Assembly (NCBI GenBank): GCA_965222155.1
Contig: CBDCTH010000012.1
Span: 1,600,001-1,664,000, forward strand
Length of the DNA: 64,000 nucleotides
Source: Gammaproteobacteria bacterium
Lineage (GTDB): Bacteria; Pseudomonadota; Gammaproteobacteria; Eutrophobiales; Eutrophobiaceae
Reading direction: 5' to 3'
Numbering within the stretch: position 1 is the stretch's first letter; the number at the start of each line of letters is the position of its first letter. The notes beneath the pieces are model-generated. The model ran no database searches. It was given only the letters and a program-made list of their open reading frames with translations, and was not told the DNA's origin. Below are positions 21,673 through 31,279 of this stretch, piece after piece. The position numbers and the translations under genes were made by a program.

Positions 21673-22532
21673 TCAACGGTTTCGAGTTCATACAACCTCG
21701 TGACATTCCGGAGGCCCTCAAAGCGCTTACGGAATCTGGCCGAGTCCTGCCGGTAGCCGGCGGCACCAACGTTCTGGTGAACATGAAACATGCACCGCTG
21801 GAAGCCGACCTGGTCGTTGACCTGACCCGACTTGAAGCCCTGACGCCTATCTCGAACAGCAATGGCTCCATCCACCTGGGGGCAGGCGTGACCTTTGCCC
21901 GTCTGCTTGAATGGCAACCAGGAGGGGCGGTTGAAGGACTCATGCAGCCCATGTGCGTTGCCTTTGCCGGCCCGCTCATCCGTAACCTGGCCACTGTTGG
22001 CGGAAATATCTGCGATGCATCTGCGGCCGCCGATGTGTCGCCTCCCCTGCTCGCGCTTGATGCCGTCGTTAAGCTGGAAAGCGCTTCGGACGGTCCTCGA
22101 TCCATACCGCTGCCGGAGTTCTTCAAGGGTGTCCGCAAAACTGCCCGGCGCTCCCACGAACTGGTTACAGGTATCGAATTCGCCAGGCCGGATGATGACG
22201 AACACTGGTTTTATTACAAGCTCGGCAAGCGCAAAGCGGATGCAATTTCCATCGTCAGCGTCGCCATGACGGTCAAGCTCAACCGGGGCAAAGTGGAGCG
22301 AGCCCGAATCGCCCTGGGCGCAGTAGCGCCGGTAGCCATGCGCACCCCCGAGGTGGAAGCACTACTCCACGGGGAATCCCTGAACGAGGTCACGATTGCG
22401 GCCGCTGCCGCTACGGCAGCCAGAGAATCCCGGCCTATTGATGATTTCCGCGCCACCGGCGACTACCGGCGGCAGATGGTGGAAGTGCTGGTTAAACGGG
22501 GCCTGAATACTATTGCCGAACAGGCTAAATGA
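21669..22532 (+). CDS. Mo-hydroxylase FAD-binding (medium) subunit
   Basis: AGGTN, IRNLATVGGNI, ALGAVAP and PIDDFRAT..YRR motifs; ATGA overlap with the upstream gene. Confidence 0.95.
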   Translation: MINGFEFIQPRDIPEALKALTESGRVLPVAGGTNVLVNMKHAPLEADLVVDLTRLEALTPISNSNGSIHLGAGVTFARLLEWQPGGAVEGLMQPMCVAFAGPLIRNLATVGGNICDASAAADVSPPLLALDAVVKLESASDGPRSIPLPEFFKGVRKTARRSHELVTGIEFARPDDDEHWFYYKLGKRKADAISIVSVAMTVKLNRGKVERARIALGAVAPVAMRTPEVEALLHGESLNEVTIAAAAATAARESRPIDDFRATGDYRRQMVEVLVKRGLNTIAEQAK

Positions 22533-23287
22533 ACCTTAAGGCTAAACTCGAAGCCGGCCGGTCCGTTGTCGGTGCATTCCTGGGTCTGAGATCGCCCGAT
22601 GCTGCGGAGTTAATGTCGCAGTCCGGGTTTGACTTCCTGTTGGTGGATGCCGAACATTCAAACATCGGCCCGGACAGCGTATTGGAAATGCTTCGGGCCA
22701 TCGACCGGGGTCGCTCCGCTCCCCTGGTGCGGTTGTCCGAGACCAGCGCGTCCCATGTACAGTGGGCACTGGACGGCGGCGCCGAGGGTATCCTGTTTCC
22801 GCGCATACGTTCGGTGGAGGATGTCAAACTGGCGGTTTCACTGTGCCGCTATCCACCGGACGGCATCCGTGGACTGGGGCCAGGCCGCGCGAGCGGTTAC
22901 GGCGCAAACATGCTTGATTATGCCGCTACTGCCAATAATGAGATTTTGGTCATGATCCAGGTTGAAACCGAGGAGGCAGTAGATTGCATCGATGACATCG
23001 CCGCCGTACCCGGGGTAGACCTGATCTTTATCGGACCGGGCGACCTGTCCCAGGTCCTGGGGATACCGGGGGAAATGCACCACCCGCGCATCCGCGAGAT
23101 AGGCAAGCGGACGTTGTCGGTGTGCCGGGAGAATTCGGTACACTTCGGTATCCTCACCCTGCAGGAGGAACCCCTGGCCTACTGGAAGGAACAGGGCGCC
23201 CAGTTCTTCGCGGTGGGGACCGACGCGCTCTTTCTGACCAAATCCTGCCGCAGATCGCTGGGTCTGTGGGATAAATATTCCGGCTGA
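22529..23287 (+). CDS. HpcH/HpaI class II aldolase
   Basis: DAEHS, LVR, LDGGA, RYPP.GIRG, QVET and FIGPGDLS motifs. Confidence 0.93.
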   Translation: MNLKAKLEAGRSVVGAFLGLRSPDAAELMSQSGFDFLLVDAEHSNIGPDSVLEMLRAIDRGRSAPLVRLSETSASHVQWALDGGAEGILFPRIRSVEDVKLAVSLCRYPPDGIRGLGPGRASGYGANMLDYAATANNEILVMIQVETEEAVDCIDDIAAVPGVDLIFIGPGDLSQVLGIPGEMHHPRIREIGKRTLSVCRENSVHFGILTLQEEPLAYWKEQGAQFFAVGTDALFLTKSCRRSLGLWDKYSG

Positions 23288-23320
23288 CTGCCCATCAAGC
23301 GGACATCAGGTGGGGGACGG

Positions 23321-24580
23321 TTAATCGATTATCTTCTCGCCCGTGGCATACAACAACCATAGAATACCTCCCAGTACCTGCACGGCCGCGGCTATCATAA
23401 AGACGCCGGCATAACTGCCGGTCTGGTCCAGCAACCAACCTGCCAGGACAACGCCGACGACACCGGGAATGGTGCCAAAAGTATTGGAAATGCCCACCAG
23501 CACGTCGGCATAGCGCGGCGCGATATCAAGGAAGTTCGGCACATATCCCGAGAAGGTAAGTGCAATGCTGGCAAGCGCGCCACACATCACTGCCAAAGCG
23601 ATCAAGGGGGTGTGCGCATACGGCACAAGCAGGAAAAACACGGCCGAGCCGAACATGCCGCCGGTTTGCATGAGTTTGCGAACAAAGGTGATACTGTTGC
23701 CCCGCTTTACGAGTCTGTCCGCTGCCCAGCCTCCGACATTGGTCATCACAAACATGGTCAGCCATGGTGCAGCAGAATAGAGCCCGGCACTTGTGACGCT
23801 GAGCGATTGTATATCACGGAAATAGCTGGGTAGCCAGGCAAGCATCAGGTAGAGCCCCCAGTTGGTACAGAAATGATTAATGAATAGAACCAGGACGGCT
23901 CTGTGTGACAGTAATTTTTTCCAGGGTATGCCTGCGGTCTCCTGTTTGCTCTCGGATAAAGTGGCCAGCAACTTAAGTTCCGCTGCGGATATCCCGGGAT
24001 GCTCAGCAGGAGAATTGGTTGCTTTGAAATACCAGACGACAGCCCAGACCACACCAAGCAAGCCAAAAATATAAAAGGCATAGGGCCAGCCATACCGTGT
24101 CACTATCCAGCCTGTGGTGGTCAACGCAAACAAGGTGCCCAAAGGTATTCCGCTGGTTAATAATCCCATGGAACGTGAGCGCTCAGCCTCAGGAACCCAG
24201 TGTGAGAAGAGGTTATAAGAGGCCGGGAACATCGCCGCCTCGCCCAGCCCCATGGCGATGCGAACGGCGATCAATAAGGGCAGCGATATCAAGGCCGCGA
24301 CGGGGGTCAGTATGGTAAAGACGGACCAGGACAACACGGCAAAACCGAGAACAAGCTTGCCGCCAATTTTATTTGCCAGCCAGCCACTGGGCGCCTGCAG
24401 GATCATGTAACCGATAAAAAAGGAAGACAGCACCAACCCCTTGGTAGTGTCCGACCAGCCGAAGGCCTCCTGCATGGGAATGATGGCGACTGATATATTT
24501 ACCCGATCGATATAACAGATAAACGCGGCGCAGAAACAGAGAAAGACGATGTTATGACGCTTTTGCACTGTCAGCGGCAA
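23321..24580 (-). CDS. MFS transporter, anion:cation symporter (ACS/SLC17-like)
   Basis: CYIDRVNISVAIIPM, SSFFIGY, WLPSYF and DIAPRYA motifs. Confidence 0.92.
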   Translation of the reverse strand: MPLTVQKRHNIVFLCFCAAFICYIDRVNISVAIIPMQEAFGWSDTTKGLVLSSFFIGYMILQAPSGWLANKIGGKLVLGFAVLSWSVFTILTPVAALISLPLLIAVRIAMGLGEAAMFPASYNLFSHWVPEAERSRSMGLLTSGIPLGTLFALTTTGWIVTRYGWPYAFYIFGLLGVVWAVVWYFKATNSPAEHPGISAAELKLLATLSESKQETAGIPWKKLLSHRAVLVLFINHFCTNWGLYLMLAWLPSYFRDIQSLSVTSAGLYSAAPWLTMFVMTNVGGWAADRLVKRGNSITFVRKLMQTGGMFGSAVFFLLVPYAHTPLIALAVMCGALASIALTFSGYVPNFLDIAPRYADVLVGISNTFGTIPGVVGVVLAGWLLDQTGSYAGVFMIAAAVQVLGGILWLLYATGEKIID

Positions 24581-25266
24581 AGTGGCACAGACTCCTGGGG
24601 CACGCCCTCGAGGGCTGCATCCAGGGCATGTCTCGCGGCGGACTTCGCGTTGATGTAGCCCGTAAGCAGTTCCAACCCGGCAGTCGCTGTTTCAATCCTG
24701 GTGAGTCGCAATTTGGGGTTATCAAAAAAGTTCTGGATGAACCCGGTTTGCGTAAGCCGCAGTTCGGCCAACTCGCCAGTACCCGGATTACGCTTCACCT
24801 CCTTGACCATGTACTCCCGCCGCTGCATAAAAATATATTCATCATTGACCACCAGGTAGCTCTTGAGCGTCACTGAGCGCCAGTCCGATTTCAGGGAATG
24901 TTCTTCATCCCAGCCACCATGGATCAACACGAGTCCGGCGCGGGCGCTGGATCCCGGGCGGTACATCTGGTTAAAGACATCTTCTATATCGCACCTGTGC
25001 TGCCGGGAGGTAAGCAGCGCATCGGTCAGACGCCTGAGACGATCCGTCTGCACTTGACGCTCCGTAGATGGAAAGAACATCAGTGCTATCACCTTTTCCT
25101 CCCCCGGACCGGTAACCGGTGTCGCCCAGAGTGTCATTTCCACTTTCTTGACAGTTCCGCGGTACTCACCTTCGATTCCGGTGAAATAGCTTTCATTATC
25201 AGTAGCCGGAACCCCGTTGCTGAAAATAAAGATGAATAATAAATATACGATCGGTTGTACTTTCAT
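24571..25266 (-). CDS. Hypothetical exported protein
   Basis: 231-aa ORF with a hydrophobic N-terminus, overlapping the MFS start; no recognisable motif. Confidence 0.6.
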   Translation of the reverse strand: MKVQPIVYLLFIFIFSNGVPATDNESYFTGIEGEYRGTVKKVEMTLWATPVTGPGEEKVIALMFFPSTERQVQTDRLRRLTDALLTSRQHRCDIEDVFNQMYRPGSSARAGLVLIHGGWDEEHSLKSDWRSVTLKSYLVVNDEYIFMQRREYMVKEVKRNPGTGELAELRLTQTGFIQNFFDNPKLRLTRIETATAGLELLTGYINAKSAARHALDAALEGVPQESVPLCR

Positions 25267-25399
25267 ATTGGACCCGGTAACTATTTATAAGCAGGTTTAT
25301 GATAACAAACAATTGAGATATGACATGATTGTTTGAGACAGGTTCCGTTATCCTGCTTCGCACACAACCAGTATAGAAATAGCATTATATCTGTTATCG

Positions 25400-25438
25400 T
25401 TGACTCTCGTGCCTTACTTATATATAATTTTTGTAAGG
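25400..25438 (+). promoter_or_regulatory. Sigma70 promoter with CCTTAC/GTAAGG operator for the abrB-vapC pair
   Basis: TTGACT-17-TATAAT (25400-25428); inverted repeat 25412-25417 / 25433-25438; AAGGAG RBS. Confidence 0.7.
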
Positions 25439-25447
25439 AGAACTATT

Positions 25448-25690
25448 ATGATAGTCAAAATTACATCTAAACGACAGGTCACATTCCCGGCTAGAGTGTT
25501 GGACGCGCTTGGAGTGGGTCCCGGTGATCAAATCGAGTTGAAAGAGGCGCCTGACGGGTTCATTCTGCGGCCCAGGCGCATCGACTATTCCAAACTGGGC
25601 TTTCTCAAAGACAAGATCGATCCCCGTATCGAACCGTTCGATATCGAGAAGTTCCGGAGTGAGCCTTATGGCCCGTCGCTACGGGATTGA
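25448..25690 (+). CDS. AbrB/MazE/SpoVT-family antitoxin
   Basis: MIVKITSKRQVTFP..V.DALGV.PGD.I; ATG at 25448 follows the RBS. Confidence 0.9.
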   Translation: MIVKITSKRQVTFPARVLDALGVGPGDQIELKEAPDGFILRPRRIDYSKLGFLKDKIDPRIEPFDIEKFRSEPYGPSLRD

Positions 25691-26063
25691 CACATCCGTC
25701 CTCCTGCGACTGATTACCGCACAGCCTCCTTCTTCATATACGTACTGCGTCGAGCAACTTTCCTTGTTAATCGAGAATGGCGCAGAAGTATTTGCCTCGA
25801 ACCAGGTTATTGGGGAAGCATATATCGCCGCCCAACACCACTATAATGTATCTAAGTCCGATGCTTCTATGGCAATCTCAAGTGCGCTGAGTAGCGGTCT
25901 GGTAGCGCCGCTGAACGGGAGCACAATCATTGATGCTCTTGCGGCGCCCGGGAAACCAGGCCTGTTTGACCGCTTGATCGCCAACGACTACACGCGCGCT
26001 GGCCTGGAAGTCCTTACACTAGATCGTAAAATGGCGACCTTGCCTGACACACAGTACCTATAG
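25668..26063 (+). CDS. PIN-domain (VapC-like) toxin
   Basis: IDTSVLLRL, E at VIGEAY, FDRLI and TLDRK acidic PIN residues. Confidence 0.88.
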   Translation: MARRYGIDTSVLLRLITAQPPSSYTYCVEQLSLLIENGAEVFASNQVIGEAYIAAQHHYNVSKSDASMAISSALSSGLVAPLNGSTIIDALAAPGKPGLFDRLIANDYTRAGLEVLTLDRKMATLPDTQYL

Positions 26064-26198
26064 ACCAGGGATTACAGACTACAGGGAGGGTTTTGAGTTT
26101 GCTTTAATCTCTTCTGTCTGAAAATTCAATTATCCGCATTTTCATGGCAAGACGATCACCCACGAAACTTTCTGATATCTAATTAATCACAGTAATAT

Positions 26199-26233
26199 TG
26201 TGCTAATCGTAAACATGATTTACAATTAGCACA
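26199..26233. promoter_or_regulatory. 35-bp palindrome abutting the ATPase start codon
   Basis: TGTGCTAATCGTAAA-CATGA-TTTACAATTAGCACA, 14 of 15 arm positions complementary. Confidence 0.7.
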
Positions 26234-27396
26234 TGATAATTCCAAGAGAAATCACACAAACAGTCATCGACGATCTTGAACACTTTCCGGCCGTAGCCAT
26301 TCTCGGACCCAGGCAGGCAGGTAAAACAACGTTAGCAAAGTCAGTGACCGGAACGCGTCCTGATACCTTGTATCTCGATCTCGAACGCCACTCTCACCTG
26401 GCACAATTACAGGATGCCGAGGCGTTTCTCTCTCTGCATCAGGATAAACTGGTTTGTATCGACGAGGTACAATTAAGACCGGATCTGTTCCCGTTGTTGC
26501 GCGCGTTAATTGACGACCACCCGAAACCGGGACGATTTCTGATCCTGGGGTCATCATCTCCGGATTTACTGCGGCAATCATCCGAAACACTGGCAGGCAG
26601 GTTATCTTATGTGTACATCACGCCGTTCCACCAGCGCGAGCTGCTACGAGCGGAAGATAAATTGAAGGACTGGAGCGAGATGTTATGGCGTGGTGGCTTT
26701 CCGAAAAGTTATCTGGCAGACACTAATGCGCGCAGCTTCCGCTGGCGTGAGAACTATATACAAAGTTTCGTTGAGCGGGACCTGCGTCAGTTCGGCATTG
26801 AACTGAACCCTCAATACATGCGCAGACTCTGGTTGATGTGTTGCCACCTGCATGGGCAGACGGTCAACTACTCCGGACTGGGACAATCACTGGATGTAAC
26901 CCATCCCACCTTGAAACGCCATATCGATGTTTTTGAAGCCACCTTCATGATGCGCCGGCTTCCTCCTTTTGCAGTGAATACAAAAAAACGTCTGGTGAAA
27001 TCTCCCAAGCTATACATCCGGGACTCCGGACTGGTGATTTGTCTGCTCGACCTGGACAGCTTTGACAAATTGTATGGGCACCCTGCCTATGGCGCTTGCT
27101 GGGAAGGCTTTGCTGTGGAGAATATCCTGAGCATGTTAAAGCCGCGGGGAATATACGGCTTTTTCAGGACTCTCACCGGCCAAGAGATTGATCTTGTCAT
27201 AGAGCATCAAGGAAAGCGGCTTGGTTTTGAATTCAAAACATCATCAAGTCCACAACTCAACAGTGGCAACAAAGTTGCCGCCAACCTATTGAACCTGGAT
27301 AAACTCTTCGTAGTCGTTCCACAGGGAAATGCTTACCCCATCGCAGCTGACAAAGTCTGGGTGTGCCCGCTTGAACAACTTGAGCAATACCTCTAG
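26233..27396 (+). CDS. AAA+ ATPase (AAA_14) with DUF4143 and a C-terminal PD-(D/E)xK-like motif
   Basis: GPRQAGKTT, IDEVQ, ESLAGR-like SETLAGR, RGGFP, KSPKLYIRDSG and EIDL...FEFK motifs. Confidence 0.92.
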   Translation: MIIPREITQTVIDDLEHFPAVAILGPRQAGKTTLAKSVTGTRPDTLYLDLERHSHLAQLQDAEAFLSLHQDKLVCIDEVQLRPDLFPLLRALIDDHPKPGRFLILGSSSPDLLRQSSETLAGRLSYVYITPFHQRELLRAEDKLKDWSEMLWRGGFPKSYLADTNARSFRWRENYIQSFVERDLRQFGIELNPQYMRRLWLMCCHLHGQTVNYSGLGQSLDVTHPTLKRHIDVFEATFMMRRLPPFAVNTKKRLVKSPKLYIRDSGLVICLLDLDSFDKLYGHPAYGACWEGFAVENILSMLKPRGIYGFFRTLTGQEIDLVIEHQGKRLGFEFKTSSSPQLNSGNKVAANLLNLDKLFVVVPQGNAYPIAADKVWVCPLEQLEQYL

Positions 27397-27740
27397 CCCG
27401 GATTTCTCACCAGGTCGCTTGTCGTCATCGGCTATTTGTTTGCTGTCAATACGTTATGACGACCTGCTCACTATATCGACATAACAGACTGCGCTTGATG
27501 CGCTGACAAATCGTCAGGATAGACGATTTGCACGGCGACAGCCGCCAGTAAGGTTGCGCCCAGAGCCTGCCCCCCTGCTTACAACCGCAGGGGCAAGCTC
27601 TGTATGGAGTTGAGCAGGGGGATGGGCGCAATGAGCGCGCCGGATTTTTGATGTGCGCCCTCCATTGACTCTCCGGGGACGGATTTCAAATCCGTCCCCT
27701 TATGTACTGCGGGCGTCCAAATCTGCTCCGGGCAGATTTA
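27397..27740 (+). mobile_element. MITE family A, copy 3 (left end intact, interior inverted, right TIR missing)
   Basis: CTAG followed by CCCGGATTTCTCACCAG; left about 105 bp closely match copy 2. Inverted 75-bp and 56-bp modules; palindrome GGGGACGGATTTCAAATCCGTCCCC at 27675-27699. Confidence 0.8.
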
Positions 27741-27881
27741 TTTTTTCGGTTTACCGGTTTTGCCATATGCAAAAAAGAACAGAATACGTATCATTTTGCA
27801 GTTCTATTTGGTAGACGACAGGCCTAACGGTTAAAATGCAGACTGTCTTCTATTGTGTTGTCTCCTATTATGATGATGTGA

Positions 27882-27910
27882 TTGACAAAGTAGCTATAAG
27901 TTGCTACTTT
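27882..27910 (+). promoter_or_regulatory. Promoter/operator of the phd-vapC pair
   Basis: TTGACA-17-TACTTT with palindrome AAAGTAGC-N8-GCTACTTT; the ATG is 7 nt downstream, so the transcript may be leaderless. Confidence 0.7.
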
Positions 27911-27917
27911 GTGATAC

Positions 27918-28211
27918 ATGAGATCAGTCGGCATCAAAGTGTTAAACAATCGGTTGAGCGAATACGTGCGGCTGGCAGCTTCCGGCGAAACGGTACTGGT
28001 GACAGATCGTGACCGGGTGGTGGCAGAAATCAGTCCGCCACGGGAAACACGGAGTCCGATCCTGGCTGATGCCTTTCTGGCCGAGGCAGTACGTAGCGGC
28101 TGGTTGACGCCGCCAGCGCTGCCTGCCACAAGGGAGCCCCAGCCGGCAACGCCGGTTGCCCGTTTGACTGAGATTCTGGACGAACTGGACGCGGACAGAA
28201 GTGACCGGTGA
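27918..28211 (+). CDS. Phd/YefM-family antitoxin
   Basis: MRSVGIK.L.NRLSEYVR....GE.VLVTDR.RVVAEI.P. Confidence 0.9.
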   Translation: MRSVGIKVLNNRLSEYVRLAASGETVLVTDRDRVVAEISPPRETRSPILADAFLAEAVRSGWLTPPALPATREPQPATPVARLTEILDELDADRSDR

Positions 28212-28609
28212 TCTATCTTGATACGTCCGTTGCTCTTGCGTATCTCCTGGTCGAAGATCGCCGCCCACCTGACTCGCTCTGGCGAGAGACCCTGGTGTCC
28301 AGCCGCTTGCTGGAATACGAAGTATGGACTCGGCTGCATGGCCGTGGACTTGCCGAATCCCACGGAGAGGCCGCTCGCTACCTGATCGGACGGCTTGCGT
28401 TGTTGGAGCTTGCTCCTCCTGTGCTTGCGCGAGCGCTGGACGCCTTTCCTGGCCCTGTTTCGGTGCGTACGCTTGATGCACTACATCTGGCATCATGCGT
28501 GTACCTGCGTGAGCATAGTCAAGCCGTAACGCTCGCAAGTTATGACCGCAGAATGACCGATGTCGCCCGCGTCATGGATATACCTGTATTTGACCTGAAA
28601 GGTTCTTGA
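28208..28609 (+). CDS. VapC-family PIN toxin
   Basis: MIYLDTS, LLEYE, RTLDALHLAS and SYDRRM; GTGA overlap with the antitoxin. Confidence 0.92.
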   Translation: MIYLDTSVALAYLLVEDRRPPDSLWRETLVSSRLLEYEVWTRLHGRGLAESHGEAARYLIGRLALLELAPPVLARALDAFPGPVSVRTLDALHLASCVYLREHSQAVTLASYDRRMTDVARVMDIPVFDLKGS

Positions 28610-28652
28610 GAAATGGCGTATTTCTTGCCTATATGCCCGATGACGGCAACAG

Positions 28653-28955
28653 TTGGGTCTGGACGAGTCACTGAGCCGGGTGCCTGGTATCTTCTTCCAG
28701 AACCGCTACAACTTCACCCAGGACCTGCGGGTTGCGATTCGGGGCTTCGGCGCGCAGGCCAATTTCGGCATCCGCGGCATCAAGGTATTCGTTGATGATC
28801 TGCCAGCGACACTGGCCGACGGTCAGAGCAGGGTTGACGACCTCGATATTGGTTTTGTGGGCCGGATCGAAGTCATCCGCGGGGGCCGTCTTCCGCACTG
28901 TTCGGCAGTTTATCCTGCGGCGTCATGAGCCTGTACACGGAGGACGGCGCCGACA
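28653..28955 (+). pseudogene. TonB-dependent receptor plug-domain fragment
   Basis: [27 protein letters not shown]...FGIRGIK...IEVIRG; frameshifted, and no barrel follows. Confidence 0.85.
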
Positions 28956-28998
28956 CTGAACATGTACGGGGGGTGTCGATGCACTTGAATTACTGACT

Positions 28999-29097
28999 TC
29001 AGGGCCAAAGACTGCCTGTTTGCAAGGTCTGAAGAAACCGGTCCACCGGCCACACATCAATGCCGTCCTCAGTGCAGAAGGCGCGGTCGCCGGCGCA
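28999..29097 (-). pseudogene. Possible C-terminal stub of a DUF4143 ATPase
   Basis: Translates GDRAFCTEDGIDVWPVDRFLQTLQTGSLWP*, resembling the tails of this family. Confidence 0.45.
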
Positions 29098-29178
29098 TCC
29101 GGCGCAGTCTGTCATGGCAGCAAACTAACGTAAATCCGGTAACTTATTGACAACAGGTAACTTTTCGTTGATGACAAG

Positions 29179-29367
29179 CTAATTGGTAATGGATATGCGG
29201 GTACTTAGAATATCGGCAACCGGCTGCCTTTTCTCATCCGTCAGTTGCAATTTGTTGATCAGCTTGTCTGTATGTTTTCCTGCACGTCTGCCGCCTGTAT
29301 GATGGTCGGCCAGGGCGATGGAGGTCAACAGCAGCGTGCTGAATGCAGCGATGTATAGTTTATTCAT
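29179..29367 (-). pseudogene. Stub of an exported protein (signal peptide plus LTDE helix, Spy/CpxP-like)
   Basis: MNKLYIAAFSTLLLTSIALA signal and KLQLTDEKR; the upstream region is replaced by a half MITE B. Confidence 0.5.
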
Positions 29368-29371
29368 CAAA

Positions 29372-29452
29372 GGGGCATGTTTCCCAGGGAGGGCGTCTCG
29401 CCCTCCACGAGGGCAGGATGCCCTCGATCCCGGGAGTTAGCAGGAACTACTG
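29372..29452 (-). mobile_element. MITE family B, half copy
   Basis: Reverse complement of the first about 80 bp of copy 1, ending GAGTTAGCAGGAACTACTG. Confidence 0.8.
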
Positions 29453-29606
29453 CAAAATTGGCAAACATTATGGAAAAAAATTGTCCACATAATGCCGTAT
29501 CGGGATATTATTCATTCAGTATATGGGGCTGGCTCCAAGTTTGAGATTTATCAGTAATAATTATTTTTATATTAATCATATAGTTGAAATATTAATTTAA
29601 AGTATT

Positions 29607-31268
29607 GTGCAAGGATTAAACGACTTCCTGAGTTTTTTAGACGGGTTGCTGGGCGCTGCCTGGTACTTTCCCTGGCTGTTACTTGGTGTCGGCGTGTTCT
29701 TCACCTTCTACCTGGGCTTTCCCCAGGTACGTTACTTCAAACGCGCCTGGGGCACCCTGACGGGACGTTATACCAGTCATGATGCCGAAGGTGATACGAC
29801 ACATTTTCAAGCCTTGTCCACGGCGCTGTCCGGGACCGTGGGTACCGGCAACATCGGCGGTGTTGCCCTTGCCCTGCATCTCGGCGGTCCGGCTGCATTG
29901 TTCTGGATGTGGGCTACGGCCTTCGTCGGCATGACGACAAAGTTCGTTGAGGTCACAATTTCACACAAATACCGTATCAAGGATGAAAAAGGCGAGATGG
30001 CCGGCGGCCCGATGTATTACATGGAACGCGCCCTGAACATGAAGTGGCTGGCTGTGTTCTTCGCCGTCGCCACCATTTTCAGTACGCTGGGTTCCGGCAA
30101 TATGCCGCAAAGTAATAACATGGCGGCCGGACTGCATACTTCATTCGGCATACCGACCTGGATAACCGGCGCGCTGTTCGCAGTGCTGCTCGCCCTGGTC
30201 ATACTCGGCGGTATCCGCCGTATTGCCCGGGTGACTTCGGCGATTGTGCCGATCATGGGCCTGCTCTATTTCTTCGGCGCAATGGCGGTCATCGTTGCCA
30301 ATATCGACGCGGTGGTCCCTGCTTTTCTCAGCGTATTCAGCAGCGCATTCACCGATACTGCTGCCACCGGAGGCTTTCTCGGCGCCACATTTGCCTACGC
30401 TTTCAACAGGGGCGTTGCCCGGGGCCTGTTCTCAAACGAGGCGGGACAGGGATCCGCACCTATCGCCCATGCCTCGGCGCGAGGTGACGAGCCGGTGTCC
30501 GAAGGTATGGTCTCATTGCTTGAGCCGTTTCTCGATACCCTGGTGATCTGCACGTTGACGGGCCTGGTAATCCTGTCCTCCGGGGTGTGGAAGGAAAAAT
30601 TCGACAACGACTTCCAGGCGTTCGATACGCAGTTCATCAACGGAGTCTACACCGATACCGACCCGGCGCACGTGGAAGCGTTATTCCATCATCTCAATGC
30701 CGGGGCTCCTGCTATTGAACCGATCACTCGGGCAAACGGCCGTTTCAGTGTAGTGGACGGACGTCTTGCGGATGCTGAAATCACCATCCTGCACAACCGC
30801 TCCATTGCCGAGGACGTATACTTCCACGTCAACGGAGCACCGTACAACGGCGCTATAGTAATCGACAACGGTTCGCTTTCCGGTGACGTCTCGTTACGCG
30901 GCAAGTCCCTGTTGCACTCCGTACCATTGACGGTTGAAGCATTCAAGCGCAGCTTCCTGGGTGACTATGGCCAGTACGCGGTCACTCTGGGCCTGATGTT
31001 GTTCGCGTTCAGTACTGCCATTGCCTGGTCCTACTACGGCGATCGCGCCATTACCTACCTGTTCGGGCTGCGCTGGGTACTGCCCTACCGACTGTTCTAT
31101 TGCGCAGTCTTCTTCATAGCTGCGGTGGTCGACACATCGATGGTATGGCTGTTCTCAGCCGTCACCCTGGCACTGATGGCGTTGCCGAACCTGTTCGGTA
31201 TCATGCTCCTGCGCCAGGACATGAAGCAGACCGTGCGCGACTACTGGCGGCGCTTCGAACAAGGTTAA
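29607..31268 (+). CDS. Alanine/glycine:cation symporter (AgcS/AlsT family) with an inserted extracellular domain
   Basis: [40 protein letters not shown] and AWSYYG motifs. Confidence 0.95.
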   Translation: MQGLNDFLSFLDGLLGAAWYFPWLLLGVGVFFTFYLGFPQVRYFKRAWGTLTGRYTSHDAEGDTTHFQALSTALSGTVGTGNIGGVALALHLGGPAALFWMWATAFVGMTTKFVEVTISHKYRIKDEKGEMAGGPMYYMERALNMKWLAVFFAVATIFSTLGSGNMPQSNNMAAGLHTSFGIPTWITGALFAVLLALVILGGIRRIARVTSAIVPIMGLLYFFGAMAVIVANIDAVVPAFLSVFSSAFTDTAATGGFLGATFAYAFNRGVARGLFSNEAGQGSAPIAHASARGDEPVSEGMVSLLEPFLDTLVICTLTGLVILSSGVWKEKFDNDFQAFDTQFINGVYTDTDPAHVEALFHHLNAGAPAIEPITRANGRFSVVDGRLADAEITILHNRSIAEDVYFHVNGAPYNGAIVIDNGSLSGDVSLRGKSLLHSVPLTVEAFKRSFLGDYGQYAVTLGLMLFAFSTAIAWSYYGDRAITYLFGLRWVLPYRLFYCAVFFIAAVVDTSMVWLFSAVTLALMALPNLFGIMLLRQDMKQTVRDYWRRFEQG

Positions 31269-31279
31269 TATAATGCGCG

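Noticed and set aside
18892-22532. Form I aerobic CO dehydrogenase
   Set aside because: The loop is SIRCPSG rather than AYRCSFR, the subunit arrangement differs, and there are no coxDEFG genes.
29453-29606. Glycine riboswitch upstream of the alanine/glycine symporter
   Set aside because: The region is AT-rich and lacks the GGAGA...CCGAAG...CTCTCAGG core.
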